Program-made: the position numbers and the translations under genes
The notes under the pieces: generated by a model
Database searches by the model: none
Told to the model about the DNA's origin: nothing
What the model saw: only the letters and a program-made list of their open reading frames with translations
Shown: positions 38,914 to 50,111 of the stretch, piece after piece
How the letters are laid out: every line of letters begins with the position of its first letter
Numbering within the stretch: the first letter of the stretch is position 1
NCBI GenBank assembly: GCA_958296235.1
Contig: OY282457.1
Location: 1,985,684 to 2,049,683 of the forward strand
From: an uncultured Candidatus Binatia bacterium
Lineage (GTDB): Bacteria > Desulfobacterota > Binatia > Bin18
Direction: 5' to 3'
DNA: 64,000 bases

Positions 38914-39030
38914 GTGATGAGTGGCTAGTGATGAGTGGTTAGTGATGAGTGATGAGTGGCTAGGGGCTAGTGGTTAGTGGTTAGTGATGAGTGGTTAGTA
39001 GTGACGGACAACTGACAACTAGCAACTGCC
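38914..39030. repeat. Tandem heptamer repeats (GTGATGA/GTGGTTA/GTGGCTA x12-13) followed by inverted-sense CAACT(G/A) units
   Basis: Direct reading of 38914-39004 as 7-mers; begins 7 bp upstream of the MMPL start codon. Confidence 0.9.
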
Positions 39031-39077
39031 ATAGCGGTTGGCAATTCTGGCGGCCACAGCTATAGAGCTACGAAGGT

Positions 39078-39240
39078 ATGCAGTGTACGAGTTGCGGCTT
39101 TGCAAATCAGACGGGGATGAAGTGGGGCGTGTCCGCGCCCATTCCCGTCTATCGCATTGTGGAGGAACGCGAGGCCCGTCATCCCCTGGAGGGAACCGTC
39201 CAGACCGGCCTGACGCCGCTGACCGGACGGGAGCAGGAGT
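39078..39240 (+). pseudogene. Remnant of a zinc-ribbon/adenylate cyclase/AAA ATPase gene
   Basis: MQCTSCGFANQTGMK (zinc-ribbon start) is joined to GVSAPIPVYRI...GLTPLTGREQE (cyclase-to-AAA linker) and then cut by a palindromic repeat. Confidence 0.6.
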
Positions 39241-39245
39241 GGGGG

Positions 39246-39292
39246 CCTGGATTCCTGCTTCCGCAGGAATGACAGGTGGCTACACAGCATCG
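39246..39292. repeat. REP/RPE-like palindrome
   Basis: Identical to 1679-1725. Confidence 0.85.
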
Positions 39293-39406
39293 TAAAACGT
39301 ACTAAGCCGGCAGGGCGCAAAGGGCCGTGACCGCCCCGCCCAGACAACGAAGGCCCTGAAACCCTCGTCTTGACCCGCCGGCAACACCTGCGCTAAGCCG
39401 ACCAAG

Positions 39407-40552
39407 GTGGCTCAGAAACCCACATATGACCGCGCGACAACAAACCAGCTCATCCACAGCATGGGGGTGAAGTTCCGTAAAGAAATCCTCCAGCCGGTCG
39501 GCCCCACCCCAACCCGTCTGCCGGTCAACCAGGCTTTTTCCCTTGCGGCCACCCATCTTTTCTGGACGCTTCCGGGGCAGGTGCGACGTTTTTCTTCTCG
39601 GGCCACCCCGCAGGCCATTGCTCAGCGGAGCCGGCGGCTTGACACCAGCGTCTCTCCGTTGGCCATCTGGATGTTTGGTTATTCCTTTCTGGTTGGGCGA
39701 GAGATACTGCTTGATTTCGGGGTCATCAAAGCAACCGACTACGCCGAGGATATCGGACTGGTCTTAGACTGCTGGAATCGATCCGCAACCGCGGCGCGAG
39801 CCGACGGACATACGGATAACAGCGAGGCCGGCGGGGCAAATCCCTATCTCCCCAGCGCAACCGTTCGGCAACTGTCCGCCGCGCTTATTCCGGTTGATGC
39901 CGAACTGCGACGAGTGACCAGTCAATTCCTCTCCGCGCTTGAGTCCTACACCTTTATTGTAAATGCTGAGGCCCATCTTGGGACCGTTGATTCCGGCCCC
40001 TACCCGCTGAGTACGAATCGCGTTCTTATCGTGCGTCACTTTTTTGACCTGACCGGGCGGTGGTATGCGTGGCATGAGCGCGTGGGCGGTTTTCCCTACC
40101 CGGCCTGCGCCCTGGCTTTTACCCTCAACCCGGAGGAGTTTCGGACTATCGAGTTCAGCGACCGCGCCGCCCTGCTTACCGCACCCAGGAATTATCGAGA
40201 GCGCATCCAGGAACTCGTTCTGGTCAGGCTCGACCGTACCCGCCCCCGTCCACTTCCCTTTACCGATCTGGACCGTCTCACTCGGGCCGCAAAAAAAACA
40301 GAGCCGCGCGTCCTCTCCTGGTTTCAAGCGCAAGCGCCCCATGCAACCACCCTCCATTGCGCGCACCCCTGGGCCGTCAGACCAGCCGCGGTGGTAGTGC
40401 CTTCGGAGTACTGTTTTGCCTGGCAGCCGGCCCCAGCCGCGCTTGAGCTCCTATCCCAATACGCTCGGGACGACGCCCTGGCCGCCCGCTGGGCTCTGGA
40501 GCGCTGTTTGGCGCCAGGTCGTTCATCCGCCTTTGTCCCTTTAGACGGCTAA
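39407..40552 (+). CDS. Hypothetical protein (381 aa)
   Basis: Long ORF filling the gap with a globular composition (e.g. DSGPYPL...LIVR.F); family not recognised. Confidence 0.7.
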   Translation: MAQKPTYDRATTNQLIHSMGVKFRKEILQPVGPTPTRLPVNQAFSLAATHLFWTLPGQVRRFSSRATPQAIAQRSRRLDTSVSPLAIWMFGYSFLVGREILLDFGVIKATDYAEDIGLVLDCWNRSATAARADGHTDNSEAGGANPYLPSATVRQLSAALIPVDAELRRVTSQFLSALESYTFIVNAEAHLGTVDSGPYPLSTNRVLIVRHFFDLTGRWYAWHERVGGFPYPACALAFTLNPEEFRTIEFSDRAALLTAPRNYRERIQELVLVRLDRTRPRPLPFTDLDRLTRAAKKTEPRVLSWFQAQAPHATTLHCAHPWAVRPAAVVVPSEYCFAWQPAPAALELLSQYARDDALAARWALERCLAPGRSSAFVPLDG

Positions 40553-40562
40553 CCTTCAGACC

Positions 40563-40635
40563 CCCTGGGAGCGCGGGCTTCCAGCCCGCAAGAAAGAGCC
40601 ACCCTGGGAGCGCGGGCTTCCAGCCCGCAAGAAAG
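40563..40635. repeat. Two tandem 34-bp REP-like hairpins CCCTGGGAGCGCGGGCTTCCAGCCCGCAAGAAAG
   Basis: Identical copies at 40563-40596 and 40602-40635; related hairpin GCGGGCTGGAAGCCCGC near 6427. Confidence 0.85.
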
Positions 40636-40640
40636 GATGA

Positions 40641-41337
40641 GCTTCAATGAGGCCCAGGCATCACCACCTGGGAGATTCCATGAAATTTCATTGCGAGTGT
40701 TCCTGCGGATGTATGCTTCAATGAGGCCCAGGCATCACCACCTGGGAGATTCCCATCCAGTCGCCTTCTGCCTGGAAATAGTGGGTGTTACTTCAATGAG
40801 GCCCAGGTATCACCGCCTGGGAGATTCCATAAGCCACATACCTTCGTGGGTCTCGGGCGGATTGCTTCAATGAGGCCCAGGTATCACCGCCTGGGAGATT
40901 CGGAGCGGAGAATCTCGCTCTGCAAGAGATCATGTAGCTTCAATGAGGCCCAGGTATCACCACCTGGGAGATTCCGCCGAACCATGAGACGGACTTATCG
41001 CCAGCATCCCAGCTTCAATGAGGCCCAGGCATCACCACCTGGGAGATTCGGGTTTCGCCTCGCCGACATAGCGAACAGTTATGCTTCAATGAGGCCCAGG
41101 CATCACCACCTGGGAGATTCAGGAGAAACGCCATGGACTGGCAGCGTGTTCTGATGCTTCAATGAGGCCCAGGCATCACCACCTGGGAGATTCGCCGGGC
41201 GGATTGGATTTCGGGGGAGTCGTTGGGGCTTCAATGAGGCCCAGGCATCACCACCTGGGAGATTCTTATGTGCACTGGCGGTGCGAGCGCGATATGGAAG
41301 CTTCAATGAGGCCCAGGCATCACCACCTGGGAGATTC
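40641..41337 (-). CRISPR. CRISPR array: 10 repeats of 38 bp, 9 spacers of 33-37 bp
   Basis: Repeat (minus strand) GAATCTCCCAGGTGGTGATGCCTGGGCCTCATTGAAGC with CCCAGG/CCTGGG hairpin and ATTGAAGC end typical of type I-G. Plus-strand starts: 40641, 40715, 40790, 40864, 40937, 41012, 41083, 41156, 41228, 41300. Confidence 0.98.
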
Positions 41338-41520
41338 TCCCCCACGCCCAATCCGTTGTTTTGGCTGGGGGTTTTTCCTCGTTTGCGCGGGTTGGCTGTT
41401 TTCTGGCTGGGATACGCCTGACAGCCTTTCTGCCTCAACGAGAAAATCGTTATGTTTCGGCAGGATAGAAGCAACGCGGTCCTCCCCGGCTCTGTGCCCT
41501 CGCTTCCGATCCGCGCTGAG
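41338..41520 (-). promoter_or_regulatory. Probable CRISPR leader
   Basis: Non-coding region on the cas side of the array, consistent with repeat orientation; boundaries approximate. Confidence 0.5.
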
Positions 41521-41631
41521 TTTGTTTCCATCCTTACCGGCCCGTTATGACCAGACATCACGCCCTCCCGTTCTCTGTGTGGAACGGCTCGTATCATCTC
41601 TTCTATGTAGCTGTCAAAGAACGGAAAAAGC

Positions 41632-41795
41632 GGGGAGCGGTTCAGTTTCACCTCTCCCTCCCCTGCTGCCGGCTCAACGCCCCCCCACCCTGACCCTCCC
41701 CTCAGAGGGGGGAGGGAATAGCTGCTCCCTCTCCCCTGGAGGGAGAGGGTTGGGGAGAGGGGGCAAATACCAAAAATCAGCTGCGAGCGCTGCCA
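41632..41795. mobile_element. Degenerate copy of the MITE-like hairpin element (inverted relative to 6142-6317)
   Basis: GAGCGGTTCAGTTTCAC...GCTGCCGGC...CCCCCCACCCTGACCCTCCCC...GGAGGGAGAGGG aligns with the reverse complement of 6186-6317. Confidence 0.55.
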
Positions 41796-41808
41796 GTGAT
41801 AGCGTCCG

Positions 41809-43986
41809 TCAGCCTGCCGCGCCAAAGAGGCCGCCGCCCCGGTGGCTGTCGCGGCCCAACATCACCGGTCCGTCAACCGCAGTCGCAAAACGAAGACAGA
41901 GGCGTGCCGCTACCCCTCCCCCCTTTGGCCCGCTCTTCAGGTCCAACACTTCGACTTCCGGTCTTGGGATGCCTCGCCGGCCGCACTCAAGAATCACATC
42001 TTGCGTAACGGCAGCCACCGTGTCCTTGCCGCGCTGCGTATGCCGCGTTGGGCGATAGGGCGTTCTGCTTTCCCATAGCCTCGACGGCCCGATAAGGACA
42101 TCGCCGGGGGCAGGTTGCACTGCGGATGACAATGCAACCACGCCGAGCCGACCCGCCCGCACGCGCTCAAGCGAAGAGACAACCCCCTCAAAGTACGCGC
42201 GGTCCGTCCGCTTCGGAGCCTGTTGAGCGCGATCAACCGCCCAGGGCGCGGCCACGATCAAACGGTCAATGCGCCCATCCCCGTCAGTATCATCCGTGGC
42301 AAGAAAAACATGCTCATGCCTACCCGACCCCGCCGGGGCTCCATCAGGCTCGTGCCCGGAAAAAAGCCGAGGCACGCGCTCCTGCCTGTCTTTTGCCAGT
42401 GCCATCAACGCCCGGCGAACCGCGCGTAACAGGGAGGGGGCGTCTGTCATGGCAATACTGGTCTCAGGCGCGACCGAGAACAGCAGCGCGCCGGGCGCGA
42501 CCTCCTTTTGCGGGGCCATCAGACCCAGGCCAAGATAGCGTCCATTCCCAATGACGAGAGGACCATGCACGGCTTGCGCAAACGTCATCTCCACATGATG
42601 CAGGCCACGCGCCGCAAAGCGCCTTGGCATGGCGAACCCTTCCGCCCGCGAGCCGTTGCGGTCGAACGGCTCGCGTTGGACGCGGATGGACGCTACCCGC
42701 GTTGCCACGCCGGCATGACGCAACGCCTGCATAACAGCGTGGGCCGTCTTCGCCTCGTTTGCCACCCGCCCGGCCCCGGTAGTTCCGTGTCCTGCCCGCA
42801 TGGCCGGCAGAGCAGCGGGGGTGACGGTACGCCAGACGCGGAAGCCATCCTGTTCCCTGCTGTCGATGCCATAGTGGTCAAGCATTCCCCGACCTTCGGC
42901 CCGAACGAGGCTCCACGGTTCCACCGTTGCCGAGCCGGTGTTTTCAAGGCCGGAAAACGCCCAAGCGATATCGTCGGCCCGTAAAGGGCAGTTCGGCGGG
43001 ATTTCGACGAGAACACGGCGAATCTCTTGATCCGCATGGATGTGGCCGATGGAGGGGAGCGGCAGAATCCGCACGCGGGCGGCCTTGTCGGCTTCTGTTG
43101 CCTGACGGCCAATGAACACTCGGTCAATCTTCCCGGCTTCTTCGGGGAGCGCCTCTTTCAGCCTCCTCGCGGCCTTGTCCCGCACATTGAGGACGAGTTC
43201 CGTCACCCGTTCGGACGGCCACGGCACAAAAGACTCGTCGGACATGGCCGTCCGTATCTCGAATAGAAAGCGGTGTGGCGGCGTGGCATATGCAACCCTG
43301 GCGAAGCGGGGCTTTGGCGATTGAGAGAAAAGCTGCTGTGGCTTTTTGCCCTCTTGAATCCAGGTGAAACGAGACCGGCCCGCGGCGAACCGCCTTTCAA
43401 GACTGGCGAGTGATCCTTTCTGCGGACACGGGAGAGCCTTGCCGGTATTACCCTCACTCGGACGATGCACCACGCCCCGGTGGCACGCAAGGCGTTGCTC
43501 AATCTCGCTTTCGTCCAGAAGTTCTCCCCAAGCCCACGCCATATCAACGCCCCGCCCAAACTGGTACAAGCGCTCCGCCATCTTACAGATGGTTTGAGCG
43601 TGTTTCTCGTCATACGCATGGTCGTCCGATGTCCAGATAAACAGCAGCGGGATTTTTGCGTCAAAAATATACGGACGAGTAACCTTGGGGGGGGCGGTAC
43701 GAATCTCGCCAATTCGTCTTGGATCGCCGTCGACCGCATCGAGGTCATTATTCGGCACATAGTTTTTGCAGGGTTCGCCTCTGCGAACGGCTGGCGCGGC
43801 AATCACCGGCGCTCCAAGCGTCTCCAGCCATTTCAGCGCGGACCTGTCCTCATCCGCCAGCGTTGCGCCCCTGGCGGCCCCAGCGACCAGCGCCTGAAAC
43901 AGCCGGGCAGGCGCAGGCGGCCAATCCCCAGCCCCGTGATACCGTCCGTCGTGGAAGCGAACCGAGAGAAGCAGAGCGCGTGTCAT
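41809..43986 (-). CDS. csb2: Type I-G Csb2 (Cas5/Cas6 fusion), long form
   Basis: RF..GRYHG..DWPP.PARLFQALVAG, YVPNND, FGRGVDMA; G-rich loops GPLVIGNGRYLGLGL and GPVMLGRDSHRGGGLF. Confidence 0.9.
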   Translation of the reverse strand: MTRALLLSVRFHDGRYHGAGDWPPAPARLFQALVAGAARGATLADEDRSALKWLETLGAPVIAAPAVRRGEPCKNYVPNNDLDAVDGDPRRIGEIRTAPPKVTRPYIFDAKIPLLFIWTSDDHAYDEKHAQTICKMAERLYQFGRGVDMAWAWGELLDESEIEQRLACHRGVVHRPSEGNTGKALPCPQKGSLASLERRFAAGRSRFTWIQEGKKPQQLFSQSPKPRFARVAYATPPHRFLFEIRTAMSDESFVPWPSERVTELVLNVRDKAARRLKEALPEEAGKIDRVFIGRQATEADKAARVRILPLPSIGHIHADQEIRRVLVEIPPNCPLRADDIAWAFSGLENTGSATVEPWSLVRAEGRGMLDHYGIDSREQDGFRVWRTVTPAALPAMRAGHGTTGAGRVANEAKTAHAVMQALRHAGVATRVASIRVQREPFDRNGSRAEGFAMPRRFAARGLHHVEMTFAQAVHGPLVIGNGRYLGLGLMAPQKEVAPGALLFSVAPETSIAMTDAPSLLRAVRRALMALAKDRQERVPRLFSGHEPDGAPAGSGRHEHVFLATDDTDGDGRIDRLIVAAPWAVDRAQQAPKRTDRAYFEGVVSSLERVRAGRLGVVALSSAVQPAPGDVLIGPSRLWESRTPYRPTRHTQRGKDTVAAVTQDVILECGRRGIPRPEVEVLDLKSGPKGGGVAARLCLRFATAVDGPVMLGRDSHRGGGLFGAAG

Positions 43987-44025
43987 GGTTCAACTCAAGA
44001 AGCTGTGGATTTTTTGTCGGCTTTT

Positions 44026-45972
<1,947 letters not shown>

Positions 45973-45973
<1 letters not shown>

Positions 45974-48723
45974 CAGACCTTCTCCCCCGTCTCCGTGTCG
46001 CGATTGTCGTTATCGCGCGAAGCCTGTTGGTCTGCCGCACGCAACAGCGCTTCCCACCACGCCAGCCCCCACGCTCCCCAGCGCTTTTGAAGTCGCGCAA
46101 AACGTAACGCGATGTCGCGGGCGCGCCTTTCCGAAACGGAGGGCGACTCGTCGCTGCCACTTGTGGAAATGACGGGCCGCGCCCAACCGTGATGGGCCGC
46201 GACCAGATGCAGAGCGAGTTCCTGAAGGTAAGCGGGCAAGGCTCTGAGCCCCCCATCCTTCTCGGCATAGGGCAGCGAGCCAAATTCATGGCGGTAGCCG
46301 TCAAGCAGCCTGGTATTCATCCGCCTGTCTGTCTTGGCGTAGATTTTTTCTCCAGGTGGAACTTTGGCGGCCTGCTGCCAGCGTAGGAGCCGCTTGCCCT
46401 CGTCGTGGAGTCGGGCCGCGGTGGCGAGCATGTCGGCATAATCAGCCGGTAAACCGATTTCCTCGGCCAGGGCGCGGGCCTTACATTCGGTCCAGGCGTG
46501 ATGCTCGGCCAGTTCTTGCAGATGTCCGACGGAGCGGTCGTCCTCTGTCTCTGCGTCGTGACGCCATTTTTCAACAAGCAGAAAACCTTGCACTTCCCCT
46601 TCGGCTGATTGCGCTGCGGTGAAACGATACCGCTCCCGCCAATCTCCGTTCGATTCGGGGCTTGCTTCTCCAGAGCCGGAACGGACGCGAAATCGAATGA
46701 CGGGCTTACCGTCTTGCGGAGGCAACCATTCCTTGCCGTCGTCAATCACCTGCGGCGAATGGTCAGCCTTCTCATCAAGTATGCCATCTTCTTCGCTAAG
46801 GCCACCGAAACGAACATCTACCACCAACGTAACGCCGGGAAGCATCTCTTTTAACTTTTTCTTGTTATCCGAGGAATCCTCAAGGTCATGTCCTTTCAAA
46901 GTATGGCGATAATCTCGTGCCGGAGACAGGGCGTAGGCGACAACCTCTTCCTGCTTTAGCAGCGAAGCATTTTCAGAAGCGCCATCTGAAAATTCGGCTT
47001 GGTCGGTCGCCTTACGCTTAGAGGCGAACAACTGTTTTGCGCGTTTCACAAACCAGTCAACCACTTTGGAGGTCTCGGTTTCGAGTTTCTCACTGACATG
47101 GGGCGGCGCTGCTTCAAAGAATGCTTCAATCTCCTTCTGCGTTGTTTCACCATCATCTGTACGTACTGGCAGGTGTTTGCGCCAGATAATCGTAGTTTGC
47201 GGCTGTGGGTCTTCCTCCCATCCACGCAACCAGGGCTGGATATCGTCAGGGCGGCCTGTGTGTTCGTCCAGCGAGGTCATTGACCACGCATCGACAAGCG
47301 CGCGGGTCAGCGCCGGACGTAGCGGGGCGGGCGTCGTGGCCGCCTCAATCGCTTTTTGCAGTTCCGCATCATTTTCTGCGCGTTCTTTCAGTTCCAGGAT
47401 TGCGCCGGGGCTGGCGTCTCGTTCACTCCCCGAATCGACACCGCGAAGCCTGTCCAACGGGTTGCGGAGACGAGACAAACGTTCGTTCCAGCGCTCTTCC
47501 CATTCTTTGACCTTGTTCGGGGGTCTCTTGGGCTTGTCTGTGTCGGGCGCAGCGATGACCTTAATGTAAGCGTCTCCCTTACCGCGCCGATTCACGCGGC
47601 CAAGCCGCTGTACCATGCGTTCCCACTCAACCAGGTCGCAGACCATGTGATCGGCGTCCAGATCGACACCCACTTCGCCCGCTGAGGTTGCAATGAGAAA
47701 GGTCGGCTGCTCGGGCTTTCCCTGGGCCTCGCCCAGGAAACCGTGCTTCTTCAACCATTCAGCAAGAGCTTCACGCTCGAATACGCGCCGACCGCCGACC
47801 AGAAGTTCGGAGACAGGTTTGCATTTCGCCTTCTCGAATTTATTGTCGATTTCCTCCTTCACGTTCGCGGCGTGGTCTCGGCGGTGGCAATAGACGATGA
47901 CGCGGGCAGGCCCCTGTTCTGCGAGTGTCCGGGCTCTCTCCGCAAGTTTCGCCGCGAGTTTTTTTCTGTCGTCAAGCGTCTCGACTGTAAGGCGCTTGCG
48001 GGCAGAAAGACGTTCTCCGACTACCTCGTCTTTTCGGTCTTCAGGAGAAAGCCGAAATATCTTGCCCGCTTCATCGTTGCGCCCGGTAGCTGACAGGGAA
48101 AGAAGCCGGAAGCGTGGCACAATTTTGCGCTCCTCTTCTGCGCGCGGTCCCATCGAGTCTGACCCGCCTTCGACAGCCCTCAGAAGCTTCTCGAACGGCG
48201 GAACCAGATGCGCCTCATCAAGCACGACCAGCGTGTCCGCTCCGAGCAAACCGGCGTGATAGGGACGCATCTTGCGCGATACACCGTAACCCGAGAACAA
48301 CAGCCGCGAGCCGATCATGTCCACGGTGCCGACAACGATGGCCGGCGTAGCCGGGTCGGCCAGCCATTCCCTGTTGTCCACATGCTGGCCGCGTAGCGTG
48401 CTCACGCGCAATGCGGGGTCTTGCGCCCTTTCCCGGATGTCGTCGGCGACGGTCGTTGCCTGATCGACCACCGCTCGTCTATCGACCACATAAACCAGAC
48501 GCCTGGGTAGTATCGCTCCGGTCTCCGAGGCTCCGGCAATGCGAGCCAAATACCAGATAACCATAACGGAGGTCTTGCCGAGGCCCGTTGGAATATCCAG
48601 CGCGGCAGGGATACAGCCCTTGGCAAAATAATCGTGAAAGAGACGCTGTTGCCAACAAAATGGCGAGTTGCCGGTCAGCGCTTTGAATCGAGCGTGAAAG
48701 TTACAAGAAGTCCCGGAATTCAT
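45973..48723 (-). CDS. cas3: Type I-G Cas3 (helicase with C-terminal HD nuclease)
   Basis: IPTGLGKT, PRRLVYVVDRR, LDEAHL, SATG, QRLGRVNR; C-terminal HD (LHDEGK, RHEFGS, HHG.ARP, EALLRAAD). Confidence 0.95.
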
Positions 48724-48724
48724 T

Positions 48725-48934
48725 TTACGCGTCGTTTTTATCCGTGAGGATTGTACGTGCGACCTCGTCGACTTCCTTCTTGCTTTGCCGCAGCAAGTTT
48801 ATTTCGTATGGTGTCAACATCCGGGGGGCGGGTGAGATACCGAGCCTCCGATTGAGTAAGGCAATCGAAGGAGTGCCCGAAATGTTCCTGCCACCATTCT
48901 TCAAAGTCCGATCCGTGTCGTTGTCGGAGTTCAT
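48725..48934 (-). CDS. Small hypothetical protein immediately upstream of cas3
   Basis: AAAGGAG RBS; stop codon 1 bp before the cas3 ATG; helical LTPYEINLLRQSKKE. Confidence 0.55.
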   Translation of the reverse strand: MNSDNDTDRTLKNGGRNISGTPSIALLNRRLGISPAPRMLTPYEINLLRQSKKEVDEVARTILTDKNDA

Positions 48935-49187
48935 AGAGCTGCTCCTTTGATGGGCTCAGTTTAGGGATATGTCACGGCCCTTTCCATATTGAAATGGTGT
49001 AAAAATCTGCTCGGCCAGAAGATATATCACTTCATAACGGAGCCGAACTGAGGGGGAAAGACCGGAGAAAACGAGTATTCTTGTGTAGCTCAGGTATCAG
49101 CTGACCTCCCCTCCCCACTCTTCCCTCACCCCTCGCCACTGTATAAGTTTCGCCATGAGCCAGTGACAGAGGCGAAAAGAGGCCCAG

Positions 49188-50081
49188 GTGCTCCCATCGT
49201 TATTCACAGCAGACTACTTGTCTCGACTGGAAACCCTACGCATTCAGACCAGACGCCGCTTTCTGGGCAGCCGTCCCGGTGGCCATGTTTCGCTGCGCCG
49301 TGGGGCGGGGCTCGAATTTGCGGATTATCGCCGCTACTCCCCCGGCGATGACCTGCGCTATATTGACTGGAATCTGTACGGTCGGACCGACCGTCTCTAT
49401 ATTAAACAATTCCAGGAAGAAGAAGACCTCTATACCTCACTCTTCCTGGATGGGAGCGCTTCTATGGCCTACCCCGCTCAAGACGGAAAGTCCGAAGCCG
49501 CTCGGGATATTATCCTGTCGCTTGCCCATGTTGTTCTGGCCAGTAACGATGCCGTCAAACTCTCTCTCCTGGGCGCGGATACCACCCCATCAACAACGCC
49601 GTTCCTGCGTGGCCGCCAGCGGTTGGGCGCTGTTGCGGAATTTCTTGATACTTACAGCCCGGCGGGTCGGGCCAATGTCGTTCAATCGCTGGCGCAACAG
49701 TTGCAGCAGTCCCGCCATCCGGGCAAGGCGGTGTGGGTTTCTGATTTTTTATTTCCTCTGCCCGATGTCCGCACCGGATTGAGTCTGCTGCGCGATGCAA
49801 ACTTTGACCTGGCGCTTATTCAGATTCTCGGCCAGGAGGAAGTTGACCCGCCGCTCTTTCCGGGCGGGGCCCGACTGACGGACAGTGAAAGCGGGGAGGA
49901 AAGCGTGGTCTACTTCGACACGCAGGCCAAACAGACCTATATGCAGCGCTTGGACCGACACAATCGAGAAATCCAGAGTTCCTGCCATCAGGCTGGTGTT
50001 CACTATGCCCGTTTTATTACCCGGCAAGACCTGCCCCACTTTGTCTTACGCGAGCTACCGGAGCTGGGGCTGCTGATATAG
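49188..50081 (+). CDS. DUF58 domain protein
   Basis: G.G.EFADYR.Y.PGDDLRYIDWN, D.SASM, SDF. Confidence 0.93.
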   Translation: MLPSLFTADYLSRLETLRIQTRRRFLGSRPGGHVSLRRGAGLEFADYRRYSPGDDLRYIDWNLYGRTDRLYIKQFQEEEDLYTSLFLDGSASMAYPAQDGKSEAARDIILSLAHVVLASNDAVKLSLLGADTTPSTTPFLRGRQRLGAVAEFLDTYSPAGRANVVQSLAQQLQQSRHPGKAVWVSDFLFPLPDVRTGLSLLRDANFDLALIQILGQEEVDPPLFPGGARLTDSESGEESVVYFDTQAKQTYMQRLDRHNREIQSSCHQAGVHYARFITRQDLPHFVLRELPELGLLI

Positions 50082-50111
50082 GCGAGCGCCCTCGACCTCA
50101 GGCTGAGTCTC

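Noticed and set aside
40679-41299. Self-targeting spacers within this window
   Set aside because: I found no match by eye; a proper alignment was not possible, so it is unsupported rather than excluded.
40637-42058. ORFs with repeated MRPRHHHLGDS / NLPGGDAWASLK peptides
   Set aside because: These are translations of the CRISPR repeats and hairpin DNA, not proteins.
48960-49000. ATTGAAAT upstream of the cas operon as a possible degenerate repeat or regulatory mini-array
   Set aside because: No CCCAGG/CCTGGG stem and no second repeat nearby; similarity is limited to about 6 bp.
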